Below, piece by piece: positions 52,861-63,998 of a stretch of 64,000 nucleotides of DNA; position 1 is the first letter of the stretch, and each line of letters starts with the position of its first letter. The stretch is from positions 672,001 through 736,000 of the forward strand of contig OY820905.2 in NCBI GenBank assembly GCA_963555755.3. Reading direction: 5' to 3'. The notes beneath the pieces were generated by a model that had not been told where the DNA came from, did no database searches, and saw only the letters and a program-made list of their open reading frames with translations. The translations under genes and the position numbers were made by a program. Source of the DNA: Nitrospirales bacterium. Its GTDB lineage: Bacteria > Nitrospirota > Nitrospiria > Nitrospirales > UBA8639.

Positions 52861-53868
52861 TTAATTGTAGATAAGCGACTTGAGGTAGTGGGGGGCCAGC
52901 CTGAACAGGGACAGGTCAAGTAGGGTGAGGGTGTCTTTTAAGGTCGGCTCCAGTCCCCCCAGGGTATTGCTATCAAAGATATTTTCATGGGGAATTTTAG
53001 CGTAGCGTTTTGCAAAATAGCCTCCGCTGTGGACTATATCCACTTGATAACCCTTGTTGTGTGCTACACCTTGAATGCTTTTTTGGGCCAGCACTTGATC
53101 AATAAACTCACCTTTTGTTTGCTGGTTTTTATAGATCTCCCCGGAGAGGAAGGCAGGCACAGCAAACTGCGTGTACGGGAACACCCCGAGAGTTTCCGGG
53201 TAATAGGTAAAACCTTCAAAATAGTTGCGGTACCCCAGTTGCGGGATTTTCATCAGGTCCTCAAAAACATCCGACTGAAAACCATCCACCCAAATATGCA
53301 GAATATTTTGTTGGCTTGAAAACTGATAGAAGTTCTCAAGCGCTGTGGTATCGCTCTTGATTTTTTCTTGGGTAATGGCGCTCCAATGTATGAGGACTTG
53401 TGAGCTACTGGTGATCAGTTGCAGTACAAAGACTGCGATGGCCCCATGTGTCATCAGCTTATGTCGACAGGTTGCTGCCAGATACAAGCTAGTGGAGATC
53501 ACCAAGATCCATAATCCCAGGTCCACCACACCGCGCCAACTGTCTTTATCCCAGTCGATATTTAAGCCGTTAAGGGTACCGTAGTTCCAGTTCAAGGCAT
53601 TGGCCTGAAACCACACGAGAAGGCCAAGGGCGCTTAGCAGGCAGATATAAAACACCTGTTGTTTTTGATTGAGCAGGCGGCCGGTGATAAACAAGACAAT
53701 ACAGCTTAACAGTGCTGGCACCAACACAAGTTTTAAAATAGGCCCAAGCGCCACAGAGAATTCATCCACATTGCCCAGGTAGAGGGTGGTGGGAATAAAC
53801 AGAAAAATATGCAGGATGAGAATTGAAATTATCAGGGGGAGTAAGTTGTTTTTCACGCCAAGTATCAT
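52861..53868 (-). pseudogene. Membrane-anchored sulfatase/LTA-synthase-like protein, probably 3'-truncated
   Basis: Five TM segments, NILHIWVDGFQSD and FPYTQFAVPA; ends abruptly next to the IS6 remnant. Confidence 0.6.
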
Positions 53869-53962
53869 TGGGGGAATAGAAGATATAGACGCCCCCCTTT
53901 CGCATAGAGACGAGGGCTAGCATCAATGATGGATACCTCAATGTGGTAAGCTTTGTTTCTGC

Positions 53963-54096
53963 GTAACTACTCAGGTGGATAGGCTGAAGGCCGAAGGCTT
54001 TTAGGAAGCAATCATAATATGATCATACAAAACGCCGGGCATTACGAGGATTAGCCTTCAGTCTTTAGCCTTCAGCCTAAATACCTGAGTAGATAC
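53963..54096. mobile_element. MITE family D
   Basis: TIR GTAACTACTCAGGT / ACCTGAGTAGATAC; 8-bp TSD GTTTCTGC; internal inverted heptamer repeats. Confidence 0.82.
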
Positions 54097-54250
54097 GTTT
54101 CTGCAACCACATGAACAAAAGGAGGCGTCTAGACGAGGAGAGAGAAATTTGCTCTTAAGCATACCTTGTCACTACAATTTTGATGTATAGTGGAAACGAA
54201 TGGATCCCTCTCCACGAGCATGTGCGCCGTGACAGAGAAATGGAAATTCC

Positions 54251-55588
54251 GTGAAACGACATTCTCCGTTAAAATCCTCACATGCTGTTTGCCAAATGAC
54301 GTGGTCTTTTCTACTAATCTTGATCCTCCCGTTGAATTCAAATGCCATTGACACTCTTGAAAATGAACAGAAAACAGAGCCAGTCACGACAGCACCCCTT
54401 TTGCCCTACCTTCAACGCGGGTTAGAAGTCACGACCCAGTATGAGGAATACACAGCACGCCTAGCCGCCGTTCATAATCGCCTCCGTAACACATTGGGCA
54501 AAGAGGCGCCAACGCTTCTCCCGAAACTGACCAAAGAGCCGCCAAGGCCCGTTCCATTTGGCTATCAGATGATTCCGCAATTGATCCCATCGAAACCACC
54601 GACCACACACCATCCACACATCATCACAACTTCTTACAGCTGGCCACGTACAGAACAAATGGTCGCTGCCGAACTCCGTAGACTGGACCAGTTGGAACAA
54701 CAGTTGGAATCCATTTCCACACAACCTCGTCGGATACAACACGGCTCGTTTGAACAGGTAGTGGCCCAGTACCTGAAACGAGAAAAAAATCAAATATTAA
54801 TCGACCGGCTCATGAAACACAATCGGTTTTGGCAACAAGCTATTCATAAAAACAAAACACGGTTCGACCGGCAGACACGACTCTATGATGCGACCATCGA
54901 ACGCCAAAAAATCCAGGAAACGTTGAACACGGCTCATTCTCCTGACCAACACACAACCTTAAAGAAACGCCACGATACCCTTACCCAGTTCATTGAGACG
55001 CATCGGGATGCCGAGCCATCCGCCCGATTTATTGTAGTCCTCCATCCCAACCCACACCTATGGATCATCCAAGTTCCCCTGTATTCCGACATTCAGGACC
55101 AATCATTCCTCCAGGCTTGCAAAGAGGCAATCGAAGAAGCCTGGCAGTTTAAAAACCAGAGCGTGGAATTTCGTGTTGAGGTATTGATGACAGCCATAGC
55201 ACCCCAGGATTTATATCGCCCGGCTGCGCACCCGCCCGATGGCACCCATATCAATCTTAAGGCCCATGTCGCACGATTTCCGAAAGCTGGAGGGGTGCTG
55301 ACCACTGGAACAAAATCGACCCATGCCATCCCTCGCCGATCCATTGTTTTAGGTCCCAAAATAATCGGGACCAGAACATTGGCACATGAATTTGGACACA
55401 TCTTAGGATTTGCCGATCGTTACTTCAGGGGTTACCGAGACCTGGGAGTAGAAGGATATAAAATTCTAGAAGCTGTACCAAACCTTTTCGACATTATGGC
55501 CTCGCCTGGAAATGGGCAAGTATTGCGCTCACATTTTAACGACCTTCTGTCTGGGAGAACCTCTGAATTCACCAAACAGACTCCCTGA
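54251..55588 (+). CDS. Secreted metzincin-like zinc metalloprotease
   Basis: Signal peptide; HEFGHILGFAD and DIMAS Met-turn. Confidence 0.72.
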   Translation: MKRHSPLKSSHAVCQMTWSFLLILILPLNSNAIDTLENEQKTEPVTTAPLLPYLQRGLEVTTQYEEYTARLAAVHNRLRNTLGKEAPTLLPKLTKEPPRPVPFGYQMIPQLIPSKPPTTHHPHIITTSYSWPRTEQMVAAELRRLDQLEQQLESISTQPRRIQHGSFEQVVAQYLKREKNQILIDRLMKHNRFWQQAIHKNKTRFDRQTRLYDATIERQKIQETLNTAHSPDQHTTLKKRHDTLTQFIETHRDAEPSARFIVVLHPNPHLWIIQVPLYSDIQDQSFLQACKEAIEEAWQFKNQSVEFRVEVLMTAIAPQDLYRPAAHPPDGTHINLKAHVARFPKAGGVLTTGTKSTHAIPRRSIVLGPKIIGTRTLAHEFGHILGFADRYFRGYRDLGVEGYKILEAVPNLFDIMASPGNGQVLRSHFNDLLSGRTSEFTKQTP

Positions 55589-55616
55589 CCGTCTGTGCTG
55601 CCAGGGCAAATATCCT

Positions 55617-57821
55617 TCACTTTAAATTGAGTAGGATTGGCGTAGCCCCTGCTGCAACAAGCCTTTTCTTAGACTGCATCCGTAGATCACGGTGTGGACC
55701 CTGTTCCAAATATCGTTGATCGTAGAACACGGCTTCGGTTTCCTTTTCGAGTTTCCAATAAACAGTCGCAAGACGGTGAAGTGCTTCAAAATACTGGGGG
55801 TCGATCTTGATCACTTTATGAAAGAAAATCGCACTTCGCTTCCATTCCGTTTGACCAGTCCCATGAAGGTACGCATAAGCCAGATTGAAATTCCCCTGGC
55901 GATGATTTGGGTCAACTTTGAGAAGTTGTTCGTATCGTTGGATCGCAAGCGCTCGCTCCCCTTGCTTTTGATAAGCAAATGCTTCAGCAAAAATTTGAGC
56001 CGCAGCTGGTGAATGCGGTCTGTTCTGTAACAGCGCAATGCGGTTTCCTACCCATACCTGACCCGGATCAAGGGCCTGCAATCTTTTGAGTGCGAGAATG
56101 GCATCGGATAGCCTTCCCTGTTTCTCATAGAAAGTCGCCAAAAACCGGTACCCCTTTAAATAATTCGGTCGCAGCTTTAGCGCTTGGCGAAATTCTTGTT
56201 CGGCCTCGGCGAGGTTCCCGTTTTCTCCCAAGCCATAGGCTAGATACAAATGGGCTTCCGGAAGACTAGGCCACAGCCGCACCGCCGTCCGAAGATGCGC
56301 AAGGCCCTTGTCTATATTGTGTCGTTTGACGTGGGCAAACCCCAGATTCAAATGGGCAAACGCATAAGACCCCAGCCTGACCGCTTCCTCAAATTGAACC
56401 AGCGCCTCGTCGGCTCGCCCCGCGCCTTCCAGGGCCAAACCATAATTCATGTGGGCCCGCCAGGTCCCATCGTGCAAAGCGGCATCGCCCCAGAGAGTCA
56501 GGTCTGATGACCAAATGTGGTTGCGAGCTCTGGTCTCATAGCCCATCCCAAAGAAGATAACAAGCATTAGAATGATGGTGAATGGTTTTCCCCAATGCGC
56601 ACCAATGGACCACTTTGAAATCCGAACCGGAAACATGTGCCAAAACTTGACCCCCAGGAATCCGGTCACTGCACACAAGCCTGCCAATGATAAATAGACC
56701 CGATGTTCATTCACCAATTGCCCAAGAACTACCACATAGGATGTGAGTAGTAGACCGGTTGGAAACCACAACGTCCAAAACACGAGGTATTTGTAATGTC
56801 GAAAGCGAAATAAGAGGTAGGCAATCCCAATGATGATGACGATGGAGAGAAGCACCTGCACGTCCAAGATTGAGTCTGAAAGGGGATACTCACGATCGAC
56901 GTTTAACCCAACCGGTAGGATCGCTAGCTTCAGGTAGTACCACACCAGTGCCTTGGTTTGAGTCAGGTAATAAAACAATATTGGATGCCCTTCCTTCACG
57001 ACTTCGCCTGGACTAGGAACCACAACTTGGCGGATTCCAAGATACAGAAGAGAAATCGCCCAATAGGGACAATGCTTAAGAAATTGCGTTCCAAGGGATT
57101 TCCATAGAAGACGCCCCTTTAAAAAAAAGGCATCCCCATAAATGAGATCCCAGAGAATGAGCATCAAGGGTAGGGAGATAGCGGTGGGTTTTCCGAGCAA
57201 TGCCAAGAAATATGCAGCCAAAGATCCGGCAAGGTACAGCCATTTCCGTTTTCCCGAATCGGCCGTATCTCGGCCATAGACAACCAGAAAACCATAGAAA
57301 CTAAGAAGGTAGAAAAAAACTGTGAGAGGAACTGCCTGAGAACTAATGTAGTTCACCGATTCCGATGCCAAGGGATGAAGAGCAAATAGAGCAGCCGACA
57401 AGAACGGTACCCAGGCATACTGGTCTGAAGGTAATCCCCCTGCCGAACGCCCCCCTCGACAAAGAAACACACGAAGAATCGCAAAAAGCAACAACACGTT
57501 ACCCATGTGTAAACAGACACTGACGATATGGAAAGGGAATGTGTCTCCCCCTCCAACCCACCAACTCAAAGCCATGGAAGTCAGAAAGAGGGGCCGATAA
57601 TCGCGGTTCCCTGGCAGAAGGGAAAACGTGGAAATATCCACGAAAAAGGAGGGGATATTTTCGGGGCCCCTGACCGCAGGGTTTTGCGGAATGACATGCC
57701 AATCATCAAATTCAAATGGATTATGAAGAGAGTTTCCGTACGCCCCCCAGACCAAAAGGGCCAAGACGATTGCTTGCCCCAAGGGTTTATTCAGGAAAGT
57801 CATGAACTGTTTAATAAACAT
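55617..57821 (-). CDS. TMTC-like GT-C glycosyltransferase with TPR repeats
   Basis: F.FDD, YRPL, ALFALHPLASESVNYI, EHRVYL, RNHIWSSD, C-terminal TPRs. Confidence 0.85.
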   Translation of the reverse strand: MFIKQFMTFLNKPLGQAIVLALLVWGAYGNSLHNPFEFDDWHVIPQNPAVRGPENIPSFFVDISTFSLLPGNRDYRPLFLTSMALSWWVGGGDTFPFHIVSVCLHMGNVLLLFAILRVFLCRGGRSAGGLPSDQYAWVPFLSAALFALHPLASESVNYISSQAVPLTVFFYLLSFYGFLVVYGRDTADSGKRKWLYLAGSLAAYFLALLGKPTAISLPLMLILWDLIYGDAFFLKGRLLWKSLGTQFLKHCPYWAISLLYLGIRQVVVPSPGEVVKEGHPILFYYLTQTKALVWYYLKLAILPVGLNVDREYPLSDSILDVQVLLSIVIIIGIAYLLFRFRHYKYLVFWTLWFPTGLLLTSYVVVLGQLVNEHRVYLSLAGLCAVTGFLGVKFWHMFPVRISKWSIGAHWGKPFTIILMLVIFFGMGYETRARNHIWSSDLTLWGDAALHDGTWRAHMNYGLALEGAGRADEALVQFEEAVRLGSYAFAHLNLGFAHVKRHNIDKGLAHLRTAVRLWPSLPEAHLYLAYGLGENGNLAEAEQEFRQALKLRPNYLKGYRFLATFYEKQGRLSDAILALKRLQALDPGQVWVGNRIALLQNRPHSPAAAQIFAEAFAYQKQGERALAIQRYEQLLKVDPNHRQGNFNLAYAYLHGTGQTEWKRSAIFFHKVIKIDPQYFEALHRLATVYWKLEKETEAVFYDQRYLEQGPHRDLRMQSKKRLVAAGATPILLNLK

Positions 57822-57882
57822 GGATAACGAGATACCGCTCCAACGAAGGGGTTGTTGATTCTATGGCATTCAATTTCTTTGT

Positions 57883-58095
57883 GGGCCTGTCAAATATATT
57901 ATTCCGATACCCACCAAAAGCTCCTGAAGAGCTATACATTATTAATGGGCGGGAATGTTCAAACAAGCATGCCCTGAGTCTTTCCGAAGGGTCTATCCAG
58001 CAAGGCCGCAGCCTTTTTGACGCGCGGAGCGTACTCATGTACGTGAGCACGACAAAAGGGCGAGAACGCCGCTGGCGGCTTTTTTCAACATTTCC
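57883..58095. mobile_element. MITE family B, long form
   Basis: Homologous to 1205-1418; TSD not clear. Confidence 0.78.
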
Positions 58096-58284
58096 TGTAT
58101 CAGTTATTGCAAAGCAGGCAAGTCGAATCAATCTTTATCGGTACGTAGTTTGACGTATTCGGACCCTTACCCTATTGCAGAGGTTTGACCGTCGATGCCA
58201 AACTTCAGCACACTTCCCTAGGATAACAACAATGCTTCGTGTGAATCTTGGTACAACACATGACCATCATGCCGTGAACTCATA

Positions 58285-59274
58285 ATGCGATCTGAATCAA
58301 AACCCCACTCACCCCTCTCCCTCCTGGTGGCCATTCCATGCTTGAATGAAGAGCAGACAGTTGCCCGTGTTATCAACGACATCCCCCGTGAGATCAAAGG
58401 GATCGGACGCATAGACGTCCTCGTCATTGACGATGGATCTACTGACCAAACCGCCTTGCAAGCTCGAAAAAAAGGAGCTCAGGTGATAAAGCATCAGACC
58501 ACCCTGGGGTTAGGCATGACATTTCGAGAAGCGGTTGAGGTCGCACTCATCAAAGGTTCAGACGTGCTCGTCCATATTGATGGGGACGGGCAATTTGACT
58601 CAAATGACATTCCATTACTCGTCGGTCCCGTGATAGAGAATCACACCCACATGGTGACGGCCTCAAGATTTGCAGATCGCAAACTCGTGCCCACGATGCC
58701 AGCGGTAAAACGATGGGGAAATAAATGGATAGCGCGCATTGTGTGGTTACTGACGGGACAACGATTTCATGACGTCTCCTGTGGATTCCGCGCGTATTCA
58801 CGGGAAGCCCTTCTACGCATGAACCTCTTCGGAAGCTTCACCTACACGCAGGAAGCGTTTCTTGATTTGGCCTTTAAAAATCTTTCTATTGTAGAAGTGC
58901 CTGTTAAGGTTCGAGGGACTCGTGAGTTTGGTACCTCTCGTATGGCTGCCAGCATCCCGCGGTACGCCCTTCGCTCGCTTCAAATCATGCTCCGAGCATT
59001 TATTTCGTACCGTCCCTTTACCCTATTCAGTCTTCTAGGTTGCCTGTTTTTGGGTGTCGGCCTAAGCTTTCTTTCATTTCTGGGATGGCACTATGTACAC
59101 ACAGGAACGTTCTCACCCCATATTTGGGCTGGATTTATTGGAGGTTCCTTTGGTTTCCTGGGTATCTCCACCCTCATCATTGGCCTCATTGGGGATATGC
59201 TAGTGCGCATACGAATGAATCAAGAACACATTCTGTATCATCTGAAAAATAGAGGTAGCAGCCACCGAGATTGA
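58285..59274 (+). CDS. GT2 glycosyltransferase with C-terminal TM helices
   Basis: IPCLNEE, VIDDGSTD, IDGDGQ, DVSCGFRAY. Confidence 0.92.
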   Translation: MRSESKPHSPLSLLVAIPCLNEEQTVARVINDIPREIKGIGRIDVLVIDDGSTDQTALQARKKGAQVIKHQTTLGLGMTFREAVEVALIKGSDVLVHIDGDGQFDSNDIPLLVGPVIENHTHMVTASRFADRKLVPTMPAVKRWGNKWIARIVWLLTGQRFHDVSCGFRAYSREALLRMNLFGSFTYTQEAFLDLAFKNLSIVEVPVKVRGTREFGTSRMAASIPRYALRSLQIMLRAFISYRPFTLFSLLGCLFLGVGLSFLSFLGWHYVHTGTFSPHIWAGFIGGSFGFLGISTLIIGLIGDMLVRIRMNQEHILYHLKNRGSSHRD

Positions 59275-59356
59275 TCAACCGAAAAGTCAAAAGGGTGAGC
59301 AAAGACATTCATTTAGGATCTAACCATCATATCCGTACAAAAAGTTTAATCTACTT

Positions 59357-59570
59357 GGGGCTGTTGAATTTTTCACGCAAATTGCAAAAAAAGGGTCAGG
59401 ATGAGCCAAGCATTTTCAAGGGGAGGGAATGTTCAAAAAAGCATGCCCTGAGTCTTTCCGAAGGGTCTATCCAGCAAGGCCGCAGCACTTTTGACACGCG
59501 GAGCGTACTCATAGTACGTGAGCATGGCAAAAGGGCGAGAACGCCGCTGGCGGCTTTTTTCAACATTCCC
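59357..59570. mobile_element. MITE family B, long form
   Basis: Homologous to 1205-1418; flanks TACTT / TCCTT (4/5). Confidence 0.78.
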
Positions 59571-59605
59571 TCCTTGGTCTTATCGATCAGTCGCTGTAAA
59601 AGCCA

Positions 59606-60727
59606 ATGCCAAGTAACAAGCGCCTCCCTCCACTGACAATATTTACTGGCACCAAGGCCCAGTTCATCAAGATGGCGCCACTCGCCATGGAATTTCAGCG
59701 CCGTGGGTGGCGACATCAGATCATCGATACCGGTCAGCACGCCACCCTCGTAAAGCACATCATTGACCAATTTCACATTCAAAGTCCGATTCGCTATTTG
59801 GCGCCTGGAGAATCTGGTGTGGCCACGATACCAGCTGGCTTGCGGTGGATGTTTCGCCTCCTTTGGATGCTCACGAACCAGACAACCGTCTTGAAAAAGG
59901 ACTGGTTTTGTGGGACAGAAGGATGGTGTTTTGTCCACGGTGACACCGCCTCAACACTTCTTTCGACATGGTTAGCCAAACGGGCGAATCAGCGTGTGGC
60001 CCACGTGGAAGCGGGGCTTCGTAGTCATCGGTTGCTCCATCCTTTTCCAGAAGAACTGATCAGAATTCAGGTGATGCGCAGCGCTGATCTGCTCTTTGCC
60101 CCTTCCGTAACAGCCTATCGCAATCTTCAGAACATGGGACTCGCTGAACGTTCTCACCTATTGCCGGGCAATACAAATCTTGACACCCTGAATTTTACCC
60201 TAAAGCAAGAGCCACCCAACCTTCCCGATCTTCCACAAAGGTATGGCCTCGCCACGATCCACCGTTTGGAGACCCTGTATAGCCCGAGCCGTCTCAAACA
60301 AGTCATTCAATATGTCCTGCAGGCTCAAAGGAGCATGTCCCTGGTGTTTGTATTACACACCCCAACCGAACGACGCTTGGAAGCAACAGGTTTGGATCGA
60401 CAATTAAAAAAGGCTGGCGTCTTGTTTCTTCCACTTCTAGACCACACGAGCTTTATCCATATATTGAAAAAGGCGCAGTTTGTGATGACTGACGGAGGGA
60501 GCGTACAGGAAGAGGCATGTTATCTTGGAGTACCCTGCCTTCTTCTCAGAAAGGCAACGGAGCGAGACGACGGTCTTGGTGAAAATGTGGTTCTTTCCCA
60601 ATTGAAAGCGGATGTGGTCCAGGATTTTCTCGACCATTACACAAGCTACCAAAGGCCCATGCGCACGTTACAATTCGAAAGTCCCAGTGCGGCTATCGCT
60701 GATAAAATCATGGCATTGTACAGTTGA
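59606..60727 (+). CDS. UDP-N-acetylglucosamine 2-epimerase family protein
   Basis: GTKAQFIKMAP, TGQH, VHGDT, HVEAGLRS, TDGGSVQEE. Confidence 0.88.
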   Translation: MPSNKRLPPLTIFTGTKAQFIKMAPLAMEFQRRGWRHQIIDTGQHATLVKHIIDQFHIQSPIRYLAPGESGVATIPAGLRWMFRLLWMLTNQTTVLKKDWFCGTEGWCFVHGDTASTLLSTWLAKRANQRVAHVEAGLRSHRLLHPFPEELIRIQVMRSADLLFAPSVTAYRNLQNMGLAERSHLLPGNTNLDTLNFTLKQEPPNLPDLPQRYGLATIHRLETLYSPSRLKQVIQYVLQAQRSMSLVFVLHTPTERRLEATGLDRQLKKAGVLFLPLLDHTSFIHILKKAQFVMTDGGSVQEEACYLGVPCLLLRKATERDDGLGENVVLSQLKADVVQDFLDHYTSYQRPMRTLQFESPSAAIADKIMALYS

Positions 60728-60868
60728 GGATGGGATCACATTTTGCTGTGCTCCCATCTGGAATGTTACACATGATTTCATTACTCGCGAGCCCGTCCCT
60801 GTGAATTATTCAATTGATACGCTGCACAAGAATCTCATGTCCTCTGAGCGGTGGAAAAAGGAACTTGC

Positions 60869-61792
60869 GTGAGCATCGAAGAATTCACGGCAAAGGGGAT
60901 TTCTTGGTGGAGAGAGCGAGGCTCGCAGTTCGCCTCCGGTAATCCGAAAGTACGTTCATGGTTCTGGAGTGGCGGGCTCGTCCTCTTCCTTGGTGGCCTC
61001 TATATCGCTGTGCGTGAATTTCCGGGAAACTGGGAGGGCGTCAACCTAGGCCCCGCGCTCTTCGTGTTGTTGGGGTGGGTCCCGTTGACGCTCGCTATCG
61101 GGTCGCTTGAACTGTGCATCATGGCTCGGCAACTCAACACCCGCCTCGCCTTTGGTGCCGCCTCTCGCATTGTGATCCTCGGCGCCGCAGCAAATATACT
61201 TCCTATCCCCGGCGGCCTCATCGCGCGGGTCGTGGGGCTCCGGGCCGCAGGCGCTGGGGTCAAAGGCAGCTTCACATTGACGATGTGTAACGCCGGTTTG
61301 TGGATTGGCGTATCTTGCATCGTGGGCGGAATCTCTCTTCTTCGAGGAAACAGGATGGAACTCGGTGTTGTACTCATCAGCGCCGGGGTATGTATGTCAC
61401 TCGGGATGGTCTGGGCGATGCTCTGGCTAGGCAGTCGGCTTGGGTTTGCCCTCCAGGCCGTCATTCTCAAGCTGATGCTGGTGCTGGCCGACGCGGCACG
61501 CATCTGGTTCTGTCTGCAAGCGTTCAATTTCCCTTATGCCTTCACCCAAACGATGGTGCTCGTTCTCGCGAGTGTGTTGCGAAATACTGTGACTGTAGTG
61601 CCCGCGGGCCTTGGCGTCGGTGAGGTCCTTTCTGCGATTCTGGCGCCACTCACCGCCATGTCCGCTGCTGGTGCTTTTATTGCGGCGGCACTCAATCGTA
61701 TCCTTGAATTACTGGTCATATTCCCAGTGGCGGCAGCGCTTGCCGCAGCAGACAGCCGGCATACCACCTCGGGAAACGATAAGAAGGCATGA
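60869..61792 (+). CDS. Lysylphosphatidylglycerol-synthase-TM/flippase-like membrane protein
   Basis: About eight TM segments; N.LP.PGG and PAGLGVGE motifs. Confidence 0.72.
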   Translation: MSIEEFTAKGISWWRERGSQFASGNPKVRSWFWSGGLVLFLGGLYIAVREFPGNWEGVNLGPALFVLLGWVPLTLAIGSLELCIMARQLNTRLAFGAASRIVILGAAANILPIPGGLIARVVGLRAAGAGVKGSFTLTMCNAGLWIGVSCIVGGISLLRGNRMELGVVLISAGVCMSLGMVWAMLWLGSRLGFALQAVILKLMLVLADAARIWFCLQAFNFPYAFTQTMVLVLASVLRNTVTVVPAGLGVGEVLSAILAPLTAMSAAGAFIAAALNRILELLVIFPVAAALAAADSRHTTSGNDKKA

Positions 61793-61861
61793 GAACGCCA
61801 AACCATGAATTATTCGTGCTTCGGCGATATTCCGAAGACCGCAACAGAAGTGTAAACGAGA

Positions 61862-62704
61862 ATGCCTGATCCTCATTTCGCGATGCCATCCGGGGTGCCG
61901 ACGGATATGCAATACGCGCATGTCGTCGATTCCGAATTGTTCAGGACGCTCGAAGAATTTTCGGACAGTTTCCTCACCAACCATCCCAACGTGCAGGAAT
62001 CCTATGGCTGGGTGCGCGACCCCCTGCACCAGTGGAGCCGCCAATGGGAATATCCTTTTGTCATGCAGAGCATTATCAGCAATGTGCAACGCCAACCAGG
62101 CAACGAAATTCGTGTGTTGGATGCTGGATCCGGAGTCACGTTTTTCCCGTACGTGCTGCAAAGCAGGATGCCCAACCTCACCGTCACCTGTTGTGACTAC
62201 GATACGTCGCTCGCGGACATCTTTCGAATAGTCAATGACGCCGGCGGTTCGGGCTCACCGGTGGAGTTTCGACAGGCCGACATGCGCCAACTGCCATTTG
62301 ACGATTCCAGCTTCGACGTTATCTATTGTGTGTCTGTATTGGAGCACACGGATTCCTACCCGAAGATCGTCAAAGAATTCTATCGGGTGCTGCGACCGGG
62401 TGGATTGTTCGTGACCACGTTTGATATCGGACTGGATGGCGTGTCGGATATTCCGCCGACAGAGGCGCTGCAGCTGACGAAATGTATCGAGGCAAGTTTT
62501 GATCCGATTGATCTGCCGCCGGATTCCACAGTGGTTAATTCCGAGTCAGTTTCCTCGAGAAAAATCGGGGCGCGGAATCCTGAATTGCTACCCTGGCGAT
62601 ATCCGTCCTTGTCGTGGCTAACAACCGTGGTGAAGCGGCGGCGCGTTCCCCGCAGAATTGGCAAGAATCTTTCGGTCTTTTGTGCCGACTATAGAAAAGT
62701 GTAG
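61862..62704 (+). CDS. Class I SAM-dependent methyltransferase
   Basis: VLDAGSG, LPFDDSSFD, VSVLEH, RVLRPGG. Confidence 0.9.
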   Translation: MPDPHFAMPSGVPTDMQYAHVVDSELFRTLEEFSDSFLTNHPNVQESYGWVRDPLHQWSRQWEYPFVMQSIISNVQRQPGNEIRVLDAGSGVTFFPYVLQSRMPNLTVTCCDYDTSLADIFRIVNDAGGSGSPVEFRQADMRQLPFDDSSFDVIYCVSVLEHTDSYPKIVKEFYRVLRPGGLFVTTFDIGLDGVSDIPPTEALQLTKCIEASFDPIDLPPDSTVVNSESVSSRKIGARNPELLPWRYPSLSWLTTVVKRRRVPRRIGKNLSVFCADYRKV

Positions 62705-62975
62705 CCACAGGATAGATGACGCAGACAATCATGATGATCCCGACGCTCTGTATGACGCCGAGTATTTTGGAGGTTGCCCCGTCGAGCCCCATCCAATTCA
62801 ACAGATTCTCGCACACCTGAAACTTGATTCGTCCGATCATGTTTGCGAGTTCAGCTCCAGGTTACGCTTAGAAACGGAGCCAAAATTTTTGAAGGTGTCT
62901 GGGAACCCCTGCCGTGACTCCAGTGCCTTGGCAAAAAAAAAGATCGACCAAGCCGCGCAATGTACGTTTTGTCCC

Positions 62976-63998
62976 TCAGGGGCTACCGGTATGCACGACG
63001 TCACCATGACGAGCGGCTTCGCGGGCTTCCATATTGGCCAACCTGGTGGCCAACGCTTGCAAATGCTCATACTGTCGTTGCACCAAGGTCAGGAGGGACT
63101 GAAGCTGTTCAAGTTGTTCCGCCTGGGCTTGCATCGTCGACTCTTGCGCAAGATTCTTATCCGATTCAACTTCAAGTTTCCCGTGTTGTTTCTTCAGTTC
63201 ATTCAGCAGAATCGCGATGAGCTTAAAATACTGCACGGTTTCCACTTGCCCGTCCTTGCCATACACCACCAACTCAGGAAACACCTTCGCCACTTCTTCG
63301 GCAATGAGTCCAAATTGAATCGGTTGCGACCCATCAGCCGACGGTTGCTTGTATCGAAACGTCACCGGCCGTAAGGCAAGAAGTTTCTCGCTAATCCCAT
63401 TCATATCCTGGATGTCTTCTTTGTAGCGTTGAGAAGAAGACACCGTTCCAAGTTGTCCTTGGGAATCAATTACCACATCCGCCACCCCCGTGGTTGTGCC
63501 ACGGATGCCAGCGATAAAGGCATGGTCATGGATAGACCCATCCCCGATCCGGATCGTGTTATCTTCACCCGCAACTCCGTCGTGGTTCATATAAATATTG
63601 TCACTGCCAGTCGTCTGGTTAATTCCCGCTGCTTCCCCAATATAAAAATTGCCATCGCCACTGGTTTGGTTCATCCCTGCCGCTCGCCCAATATACGTAT
63701 TGTCATCGCCGCTGCTCTGGAGTTGTCCCGCCGCCTGACCAACGGCTGTGTTGCTACTACCTTGATTATTGAGAAGTGAAAGTCCTCCAACACCGGAATT
63801 CTGACTTCCTGAAACATTATTCAGGAGTGACCGGTTGCCCAGGGCCGTATTGGCAGCACTTCCCACATTCGAATTCAGAGACAAATTTCCCATAGCCGTA
63901 TTGAAACTGCCGGTATTTCGGATCAGTTGCAATTTTGGTGGAGTTGGGGGTAAACGGTGAGGGGAAGAAAGGAGGGAGCATGACCGGATGGACACCAC
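62976..63998 (-). CDS. Tail-fibre-like repeat protein with peptidase S74 chaperone domain; 5' end uncertain
   Basis: NTA.G repeats, SSQRYKEDI, LRPVTFRYK, GLIAEEV, C-terminal coiled coil. Confidence 0.82.
   Translation of the reverse strand: MVSIRSCSLLSSPHRLPPTPPKLQLIRNTGSFNTAMGNLSLNSNVGSAANTALGNRSLLNNVSGSQNSGVGGLSLLNNQGSSNTAVGQAAGQLQSSGDDNTYIGRAAGMNQTSGDGNFYIGEAAGINQTTGSDNIYMNHDGVAGEDNTIRIGDGSIHDHAFIAGIRGTTTGVADVVIDSQGQLGTVSSSQRYKEDIQDMNGISEKLLALRPVTFRYKQPSADGSQPIQFGLIAEEVAKVFPELVVYGKDGQVETVQYFKLIAILLNELKKQHGKLEVESDKNLAQESTMQAQAEQLEQLQSLLTLVQRQYEHLQALATRLANMEAREAARHGDVVHTGSP

Noticed and set aside
62976..63998. Prophage suggested by the tail-fibre/S74 domain
   Set aside because: No other phage genes in the window; such proteins also occur outside prophages
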